Shown here one piece after another: positions 9,700 to 18,025 of a DNA stretch of 64,000 bases (positions are counted from its first letter, which is position 1; each line of letters starts with the position of its first letter). The stretch comes from Gemmatimonas sp. (lineage in GTDB: Bacteria; Gemmatimonadota; Gemmatimonadetes; Gemmatimonadales; Gemmatimonadaceae): contig OZ257156.1 of NCBI GenBank assembly GCA_965279375.1, positions 4,288,001-4,352,000 on the forward strand. The letters run 5' to 3'. Below the pieces are notes generated by a model. That model did not search any database. It worked only from the letters and a program-made list of their open reading frames with translations, and had not been told where the DNA came from. A program made the position numbers and the translations under genes.

Positions 9700-10115
9700 G
9701 CACGACCGCGAACGGCACCGCGCTCACCGTTGCCGGCGTGCACTACGTGCGCGTGGGCGACGGCTGGCGCTGCACCGGCGGCGCACGCGACTTCGCGATG
9801 GGGCCGCGCACCAACGCCATGCTGGATCGGATCGCCGCCGATGCGGAGCGCCTCGCGGCGACGGAACCGGATGCCGCGCGGTGGCGTGCGCTCGCTGGAA
9901 GCGAGAACGGGAAGGAGGCGCTGCACAACTGTGAGTGCTTCGAGTCTCCGACACAGTGTATCGGCGCAAGCCTGACCGGCGATGATGGGAGGCACTTCCA
10001 CGGCTGCCTGAACTGCCACCGCGTGATGTTCAACGATATGGGTGGCAATCCCCTGGCAGCACGGATGCGAATGGTCGTCACCGACGTGACCACACAGGGT
10101 CAGGTCCCCGTATGA
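9696..10115 (+). CDS. Phage hypothetical protein
   Basis: Coupled ORF. Confidence 0.55.
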   Translation: MSTTANGTALTVAGVHYVRVGDGWRCTGGARDFAMGPRTNAMLDRIAADAERLAATEPDAARWRALAGSENGKEALHNCECFESPTQCIGASLTGDDGRHFHGCLNCHRVMFNDMGGNPLAARMRMVVTDVTTQGQVPV

Positions 10116-10648
10116 GCGAGAACGCGAACGCTATCGAGCTGCTCCGTGTGAACGTTGCGCAGAGCAAGGAGATTCAGCGCGCACGCCCGGCGACCACGGA
10201 TCTCCTGCACCCTGTGAGCATCGAGCAGGCCGAGGCGGCGCTCGCGCGGCTGGCCGATGCGGAGCGTGCTGCGGAGGCCGCGAAGTCGCGCGCACGCCGC
10301 GCCTGTCAGCACATCGTGGCCGAGATCGGCGCCGATGGACCGCTCGACGTCGATCAAGCAGCGGAGCGCATCGTGAAGGAGCTGCGGCTGCTCCGTCGAC
10401 ACACTGCCGGCGTCACGATCGACCGAACACCGGACGGCGGGATGCTCGAAGTCCGGTTCACGATCTCGAAGCGAGAGCTCCGGACGCGCGGACCGAACGC
10501 GTTGGAACATGCGATCCAGTATTGCCGCGACGCCTTCCGGAAATGGATGGAGGACGATGCCAAGGACAGCGCAGTCGACCGGGCGCGCGCCCTGAACACC
10601 GCCTTGGCGGACGCAGCACGCACGAAGGGGAGGACGCACCATGGGTAA
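10112..10648 (+). CDS. Phage hypothetical protein
   Basis: Coupled ORF. Confidence 0.55.
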   Translation: MSENANAIELLRVNVAQSKEIQRARPATTDLLHPVSIEQAEAALARLADAERAAEAAKSRARRACQHIVAEIGADGPLDVDQAAERIVKELRLLRRHTAGVTIDRTPDGGMLEVRFTISKRELRTRGPNALEHAIQYCRDAFRKWMEDDAKDSAVDRARALNTALADAARTKGRTHHG

Positions 10649-11228
10649 GGTCGGCGTCGGGATGCCGCACGCACTCCTCCTCGAGGCGTTCGGAGAACAG
10701 GTATACGCGGCGTTCGGCGAGGTGCCGTATCAGGTCGGCTCGTCGCTCACCACGACCGCCTGGCGTGACGTGGACGTGCGGCTCATGCTGGACGACGACG
10801 CCTACGCGGCGATGGGCTTCGGTGACCCTGATCGGCCGCACAGCAACATGAAGTGGGTGGCCTACACGCTCGCGTTCTCGGCGCTCGGCAAGCAGATGAC
10901 CGGCCTGCCGATCGACTTCCAGATCCAGCAGACCTCGCACGCCAACGCAAAGAACGACGGCGGTCGGTCCGCGTTGGGGATTCGATCTGCGATGGCGAAA
11001 CGCGCCGCACAGGACGACCCCGCGCCAGCCCCAACCACGCAGCCGCCCATCGACGCCGGCGTGCTCTGGGCGTTCCTGCGCGGCGTCCTGCTGGCCGGCG
11101 TCGACATCTACGAGCGCACCGAGATCGCGGCCGGAATGACGGAGCGGATCAGTGCTGCGATCGACGCAAAGGCCAGCGAATTCACGGAGGCCTTCCTGGC
11201 CAAGCTCCCCGAGACAGCCCATGTCTAA
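10641..11228 (+). CDS. Putative minimal nucleotidyltransferase (Pol-beta superfamily)
   Basis: YQVGSSL...RDVDVR and distal IDFQ match the hG[GS]...DhD...D pattern. Confidence 0.65.
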   Translation: MGKVGVGMPHALLLEAFGEQVYAAFGEVPYQVGSSLTTTAWRDVDVRLMLDDDAYAAMGFGDPDRPHSNMKWVAYTLAFSALGKQMTGLPIDFQIQQTSHANAKNDGGRSALGIRSAMAKRAAQDDPAPAPTTQPPIDAGVLWAFLRGVLLAGVDIYERTEIAAGMTERISAAIDAKASEFTEAFLAKLPETAHV

Positions 11229-11607
11229 GCCAGCGCGCGAGGCGTCCGCGCGAGACGCGGTGATGCAGTTCGCCGACGGTGTACGCACGCTCACGCGAGA
11301 GCACAACAATCGTCCGCGCACCCCGGACAACGCGGCGGAGGAACTACGCGCCTTCGCGGCGCTGGCCGGCCCGTTGATCGAACGTCTCCAAGTAGCGGAG
11401 GAGGTACTGTTCTGGGCGCTCAAGCTCGGCCCAGACGTGCGTGTGGTGTTCTATGAGCTGCGTCGCGGATGCCACGCGGTCAGTGGCTGCAACCTGATCG
11501 GGCTGAAGTTCGCCGTTCGGGATGCCCGGAATTCGTCGTCGTCACGCCTTGCGCAATTGGACCGGGAGCGGGCTCCTCATGCCACGACTGACGGCACCAA
11601 TGCCTAG
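11221..11607 (+). CDS. Phage hypothetical protein
   Basis: Overlapping ORF. Confidence 0.45.
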   Translation: MSKPAREASARDAVMQFADGVRTLTREHNNRPRTPDNAAEELRAFAALAGPLIERLQVAEEVLFWALKLGPDVRVVFYELRRGCHAVSGCNLIGLKFAVRDARNSSSSRLAQLDRERAPHATTDGTNA

Positions 11608-11833
11608 CACACTGCCGCCGCTTTCCACGCTCCGCACCCTGACGCAACACGTCGAGACGGCCGCGGCCGCGCTCCGCGAGATCATCCGGCAGCATGACAT
11701 CGCCGCCGGCGACGGACCACACGACGCGGCGCTCTCGCAGCGCCGATTCACCACGGCCTGCGCACGTATCACCCAGGCGCACGGGATGCTGACGCCAACC
11801 CCCACGCCACCACCACGAGGTCCGAAACCATGA
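11600..11833 (+). CDS. Phage hypothetical protein
   Basis: ORF overlapping neighbours. Confidence 0.45.
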   Translation: MPSTLPPLSTLRTLTQHVETAAAALREIIRQHDIAAGDGPHDAALSQRRFTTACARITQAHGMLTPTPTPPPRGPKP

Positions 11834-12033
11834 GCAACGCCATTCGCACGGCTCCGTACGTGTATCAGCCGTTTGGCTCGGTGACGCATCGAAACCGCGC
11901 CGCGACGGGACGGCTGTTCGCCATCGGAGGACTGCACGCGCAGACGCGCATCGAAGGCCTCACGCGCGAGGAGGCTGATGCGATCGTGGTCGCCTTGGCC
12001 GGCGTGCCCCCGTGTGAGGACGCGCCACGATGA
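11830..12033 (+). CDS. Phage hypothetical protein
   Basis: Coupled ORF with GAGG RBS. Confidence 0.55.
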   Translation: MSNAIRTAPYVYQPFGSVTHRNRAATGRLFAIGGLHAQTRIEGLTREEADAIVVALAGVPPCEDAPR

Positions 12034-12428
12034 CGACGCCTCCCAAAGTCCCCGACACCGAGCGCCCGGACATCCCCGTCGGCCGCCATATCGTGCGCTG
12101 GCTGCGACCCGTGAACGACGACACGGTCCGGTTTCAGTTGCTGCGGAACACGCGTACGGGCGTGCTGTGGTGCCGCGCGCAGTGCTTCCCGTCGTGCACG
12201 AACGTGCTGATGTACACCGATATCCCGGCACCCGAGGACGAGGAGGGCGAGGTCCATCTCACCGAGGCGGCCCTCGACGCGGCCGAGCGGCAACTCCTCG
12301 GCGAAGTGGAGACGTTCCTTCGCGACTACCCCGAGCTCGACGTTCGACTCCATCCAAAGATCCGGTATCAGACACCGCTCCCCGGATCCGACACCGATGC
12401 ACAACCCGTCGTATCACCCCATCACTGA
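12030..12428 (+). CDS. Phage hypothetical protein
   Basis: Coupled ORF. Confidence 0.55.
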   Translation: MTTPPKVPDTERPDIPVGRHIVRWLRPVNDDTVRFQLLRNTRTGVLWCRAQCFPSCTNVLMYTDIPAPEDEEGEVHLTEAALDAAERQLLGEVETFLRDYPELDVRLHPKIRYQTPLPGSDTDAQPVVSPHH

Positions 12429-12454
12429 TACGCTGTCCCCGACAACCAGACCCC

Positions 12455-13051
12455 ATGCGAAAAATCCCCACGCTTTTTGCCCGCAATCACAACGGCGACA
12501 AGCAAGTCCGCAACGAAGTCACGCCCGGCTGTGAATGGGTGCTGGCCGGCGAAGGCACCGCCACGCGCAAGTACGACGGACTCGCCATCCTGATCCGCGA
12601 TGGGCAGGTCTTCAAGCGCTACGACGCGAAGCCAGGGCGTACGCCGCCGCCGGCCTTCGAGCCCTGCGACCCTGCACCGGATCCGGTGAGCGGCCACTGG
12701 CCCGGCTGGGTGCCGATCGACGAGCGCGCCGATGGGATCATCCTGGAGGGACTGCGGTTCTGGCGTCTCGCGCACAGCGCGGAGCCAGCGAACGGCACCT
12801 ATGAGGTCTGCTCGCCCAAGATCGGCACCCGTGGTGGGGCAGACCCCGAACGGTTGCCATGGACCATCATGGTGCGACACGGCGCCCTCGAGCTCGAGGA
12901 CATGCCCCGCAGCTTCGAGGGCATCCGCGCCGCGCTCGATGGGGCGCGCATCGAAGGTATCGTCTTCCATCACCCGGACGGCCGCATGGCGAAGATCAAG
13001 ACGAAGGACTTCGGCCTGGTCGTGCATCCTGTCGAGGCGCTGACCGCATGA
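12455..13051 (+). CDS. ATP-dependent RNA ligase-like protein (DUF5565/RLIG1-like)
   Basis: MRKIPTLF, ATRKYDG (KxDG), GHWPGWVP, GTYE, IEGIVFHH, MAKIK motifs. Confidence 0.75.
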   Translation: MRKIPTLFARNHNGDKQVRNEVTPGCEWVLAGEGTATRKYDGLAILIRDGQVFKRYDAKPGRTPPPAFEPCDPAPDPVSGHWPGWVPIDERADGIILEGLRFWRLAHSAEPANGTYEVCSPKIGTRGGADPERLPWTIMVRHGALELEDMPRSFEGIRAALDGARIEGIVFHHPDGRMAKIKTKDFGLVVHPVEALTA

Positions 13052-13251
13052 CGGTCACCGTCCAGGTCAACGGGACCAGGCACGGATGCGGCGGCTGTCG
13101 GTGGTGGTGCCCCAAAGCCGAGGCGAGCCTCGTGCGCAAAGGCGAGTGCCGTGCGGCCCCGCCGCAACTCCGCACCGATCCGCAGGACGCCGTCTGGCCC
13201 CTGACGGTCGAAGATGAGTGGTGCGGACACTTTCAACTCCCCGTGCAATGA
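13048..13251 (+). CDS. Small Cys-rich phage protein
   Basis: CGGC...GECRAAPP...WP...WCGHF. Confidence 0.65.
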   Translation: MTVTVQVNGTRHGCGGCRWWCPKAEASLVRKGECRAAPPQLRTDPQDAVWPLTVEDEWCGHFQLPVQ

Positions 13252-13646
13252 ACGGCCCCGATCTCACCGCCGGACCCGTCTGCTGTCGCGACTGCGGACA
13301 GCCGGTCAAGATCGTCTGTGATGCACACGGCACCGACTGTGTGCTCGATCTCCGACCGCTGCCCCCGCAGGCCACCGCGATCCGGACCGCGACCACCCGA
13401 GAGATCCGGGCCGCACAGGTTGCGATCAAGGACGGCACCCATCGTCGCCTCGGCGTAGCTCGCGCCCGGGTCCTCGAGGTCATCAGTCCGGATCCCGAGC
13501 GACCGACCACCACGGGCCAAGTCGCGGATCTCCTCGGGATGAAAATGCCGAACGCCAGCTTCCAGCTCGCCGAATTGGTTCGCATGGGGCTGGCCTTGCG
13601 CATTCGGCACGTCCACTATGCACGTGTCCCGCACCGTCCAGCGTAG
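13248..13646 (+). CDS. Zn-ribbon plus winged-helix DNA-binding protein
   Basis: CRDC...; TTGQVADLLGMKMPNASFQLAELVRMGL. Confidence 0.6.
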   Translation: MNGPDLTAGPVCCRDCGQPVKIVCDAHGTDCVLDLRPLPPQATAIRTATTREIRAAQVAIKDGTHRRLGVARARVLEVISPDPERPTTTGQVADLLGMKMPNASFQLAELVRMGLALRIRHVHYARVPHRPA

Positions 13647-13648
13647 CC

Positions 13649-13996
13649 GTGACCACCACACCACACGCCGAGGTCCTGATGGTACCGCCCCTCCGCCGAA
13701 GGAAGGACGCGACGGAACCCACGCCCATGCCCTTCACGCCTGATCGTGTCGCTGATGCCTTTACGACCACGACCGGCGACATCCAGCGCACCGCGGCGGA
13801 CATCGCCGCCTGCATTCGCCACGCCTGCACGCCGGGCTGGGCCGTAACGCACAACGACCTGATTCGCGTCCGGCGCATTCTTCGGCTGCTGGTCGCCGAT
13901 GGTCGCGCCCACCGCGTCGGGACCAAGCCCGCTGAACCCGGGCAGTCCCGACCGACCGGGCGACAGCCGATGCTGTGGGCGCGCGGACGTGGCTGA
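13649..13996 (+). CDS. Phage hypothetical (possible winged helix)
   Basis: TAADIA...VRRILRLLVADGRAHRVG. Confidence 0.45.
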   Translation: MTTTPHAEVLMVPPLRRRKDATEPTPMPFTPDRVADAFTTTTGDIQRTAADIAACIRHACTPGWAVTHNDLIRVRRILRLLVADGRAHRVGTKPAEPGQSRPTGRQPMLWARGRG

Positions 13997-14291
13997 TGAG
14001 ACCACCACGCCGCTGCGCTCTGGCCAGTATGTCGACACCGGCATGGGGGGCACGCGTCGTCGACTTACGCTCGAGGAAGCCGAAGCGGGCTGCTTACCCA
14101 TCCCGTTCACGCAGGAGGAGTGGGCACGGCTCTACTGCGCCTCGGAGGGCCTTACCGTGCCCGCAGATCTCCATGTGCGGCGTGTGAACGCGCACGAGGT
14201 GGAGATCACGTCGCCGAGGACGACGCAGCGGAAGCGTCTGCTGCGGATCTGCGCGCGACCTCGGATGATCCGGCGGGCTGAGCTCCTGTGA
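13989..14291 (+). CDS. Phage hypothetical protein
   Basis: ORF overlapping neighbours. Confidence 0.45.
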   Translation: MADETTTPLRSGQYVDTGMGGTRRRLTLEEAEAGCLPIPFTQEEWARLYCASEGLTVPADLHVRRVNAHEVEITSPRTTQRKRLLRICARPRMIRRAELL

Positions 14292-14872
14292 CGCCGCGCA
14301 AGCAGGCGTCCACGAAGGCCACCGCCAAGACGCGAAAGGTGTCGTCGGTCGGCAAGAAGCGCACAGCGAAGGCCCGTGCAGCGGAGAAGACCTCCGCCCC
14401 CACGGTGCCGGTGAAGCGTGGGCGTCCGCCGAAAATACCCAGCGCAGAGCAGCTGGGCGTCGTGGAGCGACTGGCCGCTATGGGCCTGACGTATGAAGAA
14501 ATGGCCTACGCGATCAACATCGACATCAAGACGTTCCGCGCCCATCGCGACGCGCACTTTCTCCCCGCGATTCAAAAGGGCAAAGTCCGCGGCAAGATTA
14601 CGAGCGGCGCCTCCCTGATGCGCGAGGTCAACAAGGGCAATCTCGGCGCGATTGTCTGGTACGAGAAGACGCGGCACGGCATGACCGAGAAGGTCCACAC
14701 CGTGCTGAGTAACCCCGAGGGCGGTCCTGTCGAGTCGCATGTGCACCACTCCGGTGCGGTCGCGATCGGCCTGTTCCTGCCTCCGAACGGACGCGATGTC
14801 CCGGCGAGCGGCCAAGTGTTTCCGCCGGAGCTCACGCTGCCGAGCAACTCCCGGGAGATCACGTCTCCCTGA
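14288..14872 (+). CDS. terS: Terminase small subunit
   Basis: GRPP, HTH (LAAMGLTYEEMAYAINIDIKTF), GNLGAIVWYEKTRHG; upstream of terL. Confidence 0.8.
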   Translation: MTPRKQASTKATAKTRKVSSVGKKRTAKARAAEKTSAPTVPVKRGRPPKIPSAEQLGVVERLAAMGLTYEEMAYAINIDIKTFRAHRDAHFLPAIQKGKVRGKITSGASLMREVNKGNLGAIVWYEKTRHGMTEKVHTVLSNPEGGPVESHVHHSGAVAIGLFLPPNGRDVPASGQVFPPELTLPSNSREITSP

Positions 14873-14908
14873 TGGTTACCACACCACGGTTCACCACCCG
14901 AGGATTCT

Positions 14909-16237
14909 GTGCGACTTGACCCGTACCAGGCGCGAGCCCGCGAGCTCTGCGCCGCTGATGGCCACGACCCCGATGCGCGCGTCGGCGAAGGACGCGGCCA
15001 GCCGATGTGGTGTCGCTACCGCGATGCCGCGCGCGCTGAGCATGTCGCGACCGAAGCCGCGGCGCTGACCGCCACCCTGCCGCCGCAAGGCGAGGCCTTC
15101 GCGAACGCGCCGCTCACTGTCTTGGGCGAGCACGACGCCAACACCATCACGCAGATGCAGAACTGTCTCCGCATCGGCAACACGGTGGCGGGCGTGATCT
15201 GCGCGGACGGGCACCTTGGCTATGCGCAGCCCGTTGGTGGCGTGATCGCCTACGAGGGACAGGTCTCGATCTCAGGCGTAGGCTTCGACATCGGCTGCGG
15301 CAACATGGCTGTGAAGCTCGACGTCCCCTTCACCGCCGTGCAGGACAAGGCGCTCGATCTCGCGCGCGAGATTGCGCGCGTCGTGTCATTCGGCGTGGGC
15401 CGCACCAACGACGAGCGCGTCGAGCACGATCTATTCGACGACAGCGAGGAGTGGGACGCGTCGGGAATGCTCGACTACCGCCAGAAGGCGCGCGCGCAGC
15501 TCGGCACCGTCGGCAGCGGGAACCACTACGTCGATCTGATGCGCGATGAATCCGGCTTCGTCTGGATCGGCGTGCACTTCGGGTCGCGTGGCTTGGGGCA
15601 CACGAGCGCGACGCGCTATCTCAAGCTCGCCGGCGGCGTCGATGGCATGAACGTGCCGCCGGCCGTCGTGACCGAGTCAAGCGAGATCGGGGCGCGCTAC
15701 CTCGCCGCGATGGATCTGGCCGGCCGCTACGCCTACGCGGGGCGCGAGTGGGTCGTGGAGCGCGTGCGGCAGATCGTCGGTGGCTCCGTGCTCGACCGCG
15801 TGCACAACCACCACAACTACGCCTGGAAGGAGACACACGGCGGGCGTGACGTGTGGGTCGTGCGGAAGGGCGCGACGCCGGCGTTTCCGGGGCAGCGTGG
15901 ATTCGTTGGCGGCAGCATGGGCGACGACTGCGTCATCCTAGAAGGCGTCGAGAGCCCGCAGAGCGCGTCGGCGCTGTACTCGACAGTGCACGGCGCCGGG
16001 CGTCTCTTTGGTCGGAAGGAAGCCATTCGCCGATTCACGCGCGCCGAGATGGACGCGTGGCTGGTCGAGCGTGGCGTCACACTGCTCGGCGCGGGACTCG
16101 ATGAGAGCCCGATGGCGTATCGTCGACTACCGGACGTGCTGGCGCATCACGCCGGCACGGTGGTGGTGCGGCACACGCTGACGCCGTTCGTGGTCGTGAT
16201 GGCCGGCGATGGTGAAGTAGATCCGTTCAAGGACTAA
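14909..16237 (+). CDS. rtcB: RtcB family 3'-phosphate/5'-OH RNA ligase
   Basis: DGHLGY, GVGFDIGCG, LGTVGSGNHY, HFGSRG, HHN, VRKGATPA, GSMG, HGAGR, DESPMAY. Confidence 0.95.
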   Translation: MRLDPYQARARELCAADGHDPDARVGEGRGQPMWCRYRDAARAEHVATEAAALTATLPPQGEAFANAPLTVLGEHDANTITQMQNCLRIGNTVAGVICADGHLGYAQPVGGVIAYEGQVSISGVGFDIGCGNMAVKLDVPFTAVQDKALDLAREIARVVSFGVGRTNDERVEHDLFDDSEEWDASGMLDYRQKARAQLGTVGSGNHYVDLMRDESGFVWIGVHFGSRGLGHTSATRYLKLAGGVDGMNVPPAVVTESSEIGARYLAAMDLAGRYAYAGREWVVERVRQIVGGSVLDRVHNHHNYAWKETHGGRDVWVVRKGATPAFPGQRGFVGGSMGDDCVILEGVESPQSASALYSTVHGAGRLFGRKEAIRRFTRAEMDAWLVERGVTLLGAGLDESPMAYRRLPDVLAHHAGTVVVRHTLTPFVVVMAGDGEVDPFKD

Positions 16238-16255
16238 CCAGCGCACCGAGGCCCA

Positions 16256-16501
16256 ATGCACAAGACAGTTCCGAGCATCGCCGGTAGTACGTCCATCACC
16301 GTCGGTGCGTGCGATCTCCAACGCGGCCGTGTCGTGTCGTGGAGCGGTGGCACGCCACACCGGATCGTCAACGTGAACGACCTGACACTCACCGTGCGGC
16401 CCTGCCATCACTGGCGCTGGGTGGAGGCGCTGCACTCCCTGCTCGAGCAGTGGGTCGTGTACCCGTGGCGCGATTGGCGCGCCCGGACCCGTCGTCGGTA
16501 G
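16256..16501 (+). CDS. Phage hypothetical protein
   Basis: GAGG RBS; abuts terL. Confidence 0.5.
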   Translation: MHKTVPSIAGSTSITVGACDLQRGRVVSWSGGTPHRIVNVNDLTLTVRPCHHWRWVEALHSLLEQWVVYPWRDWRARTRRR

Positions 16502-17980
16502 ATGCCGCCGCGCGGATACGGGAGCGGGCTCACCGGCCGCGCACTGAAGCACGGGGAGACGAAGGTCGCACACGCGCCCGTCACCAACGTCTCCCCGCCG
16601 GAGCGCCGACCGGGCGATGGCGACGGCCCGATGGTGCCGCAGCCTGGCCCGCAGATGAAGATCCTCTCGTCGCCCGCCGACATCGTGATGGGAGGCGGCG
16701 GAGCTGGCGGTGGCAAGACTTGGGTGCTCGTCGCGGAGCCTGCGCGACATCAGCACGTGCCGGGCTTCAACGCCGTCTTCTTCCGCCGCACCTACTCAGA
16801 GATCACGAACCCCGACGCGCTGTGGGATGAGAGCGTGAAGGTGTACGGCCGGCTCGGATGGCGTGGTGTGAAGGGCAACCTCGAATGGACGACACCGGCT
16901 GGTGGGCGCATCGTCATGGCCCACGCGCAACACGAGAAGGACGTCGAGAGTTGGAAGTCCGCCCAGATCGCACTGCTGCTCTTCGATCAGCTCGAGACCT
17001 TCACGGAGTACCAGTTCTGGTACATGCTGAGCCGCAACCGCTCGACGTGCGGCGTCCGTCCGTACGTGCGTGCGACGTTCAACCCGGAGCCGGGGTGGCT
17101 GGCCGATCTGCTGCAGTGGTGGTGGGATCCAGCGACCGGCTATCCCATCCCCTCGCGCGATGGCGTGATTCGGTGGTTCGCCCGAATCTCGGGCGAGATC
17201 CACTGGGCCGATACGCGCGAGGCCTTGATCGAGCGCTTTGGTCCCGAGTCGCAGCCGCTGTCGATGACGTTCATCAAGGCCGTCTTGGGCGACAACAAGA
17301 TCCTCGAGGCGAAAGACCCCAGCTATCGCGCGAAGCTGATGGCGCTCCCGATTGTCGAGCAGGAGCGTCTGCTGCGGTCGAACTTCAAGATTCGGCCAAG
17401 CGCGGGCAGCGTGTTGCCGCGCGGCAAGTTCAAGCTGATCGAGCAGCTCCCAACCGATGTGCTGCGCTGGGTGCGGGGCTGGGACAACGCCGCCACGAAG
17501 GGCGCCGGCGACTGGTCCAGCGCGGTGAAGATCGGCGTGCGCGCGAACGGACGCTTCGTGATCGCGCATCGCTGGCGTGATCGCGTCGACACTGGCGGCC
17601 GTGATGAGATGATGCGGCAGCTCGCGCAGCTCGATGGCGTAGACTGCGACATCGCCATCGCCCAAGAGCCGGGCAGCGCGGGCAAAGACATCGTCTTTCA
17701 CACCAAGCGCGACCTCGCGGGGTTCACGGTCGCCTCGTATCCGGACACCGGCGACAAGCTCGCGCGCACGAAGCCGTTCGCGAGTCAACTCGCCATCGAC
17801 AACGTGGATGTCTACCTGTGGGACCCGCACGAGGTGGAGCTTTTCCTCGCCCAGATGGACGCGTTCCCCACCGCGAACGTACCGGATGACGACGTCGATG
17901 CGATGACGAAGGCGTTCAAACATCTGACGCAGGGCAACACGCAGTCCGCGTGGAGCGAGGAGGAGTTCTCGCTGGTGTAG
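16502..17980 (+). CDS. terL: Terminase large subunit
   Basis: PQPGPQ, GAGGGKT, ATFNP, RGWD...A, QEPGSAGK, DDDVDA nuclease motif. Confidence 0.93.
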   Translation: MPPRGYGSGLTGRALKHGETKVAHAPVTNVSPPERRPGDGDGPMVPQPGPQMKILSSPADIVMGGGGAGGGKTWVLVAEPARHQHVPGFNAVFFRRTYSEITNPDALWDESVKVYGRLGWRGVKGNLEWTTPAGGRIVMAHAQHEKDVESWKSAQIALLLFDQLETFTEYQFWYMLSRNRSTCGVRPYVRATFNPEPGWLADLLQWWWDPATGYPIPSRDGVIRWFARISGEIHWADTREALIERFGPESQPLSMTFIKAVLGDNKILEAKDPSYRAKLMALPIVEQERLLRSNFKIRPSAGSVLPRGKFKLIEQLPTDVLRWVRGWDNAATKGAGDWSSAVKIGVRANGRFVIAHRWRDRVDTGGRDEMMRQLAQLDGVDCDIAIAQEPGSAGKDIVFHTKRDLAGFTVASYPDTGDKLARTKPFASQLAIDNVDVYLWDPHEVELFLAQMDAFPTANVPDDDVDAMTKAFKHLTQGNTQSAWSEEEFSLV

Positions 17981-17986
17981 GGCTTG

Positions 17987-18018
17987 CCTTGCGCTTTTGG
18001 CATGGCATCCCCGACGAT
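17987..18018 (+). promoter_or_regulatory. Conserved phage promoter motif copy 1 (portal, possibly leaderless)
   Basis: CCTTGCGCTTTTGGCATGG...GACGAT. Confidence 0.7.
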
Positions 18019-18025
18019 TGAGCGC

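Noticed and set aside
11547..11580. Fifth copy of promoter motif (CCTTGCGCAATTGG)
   Set aside because: Inside a CDS, lacks GCAYGG and a plausible -10
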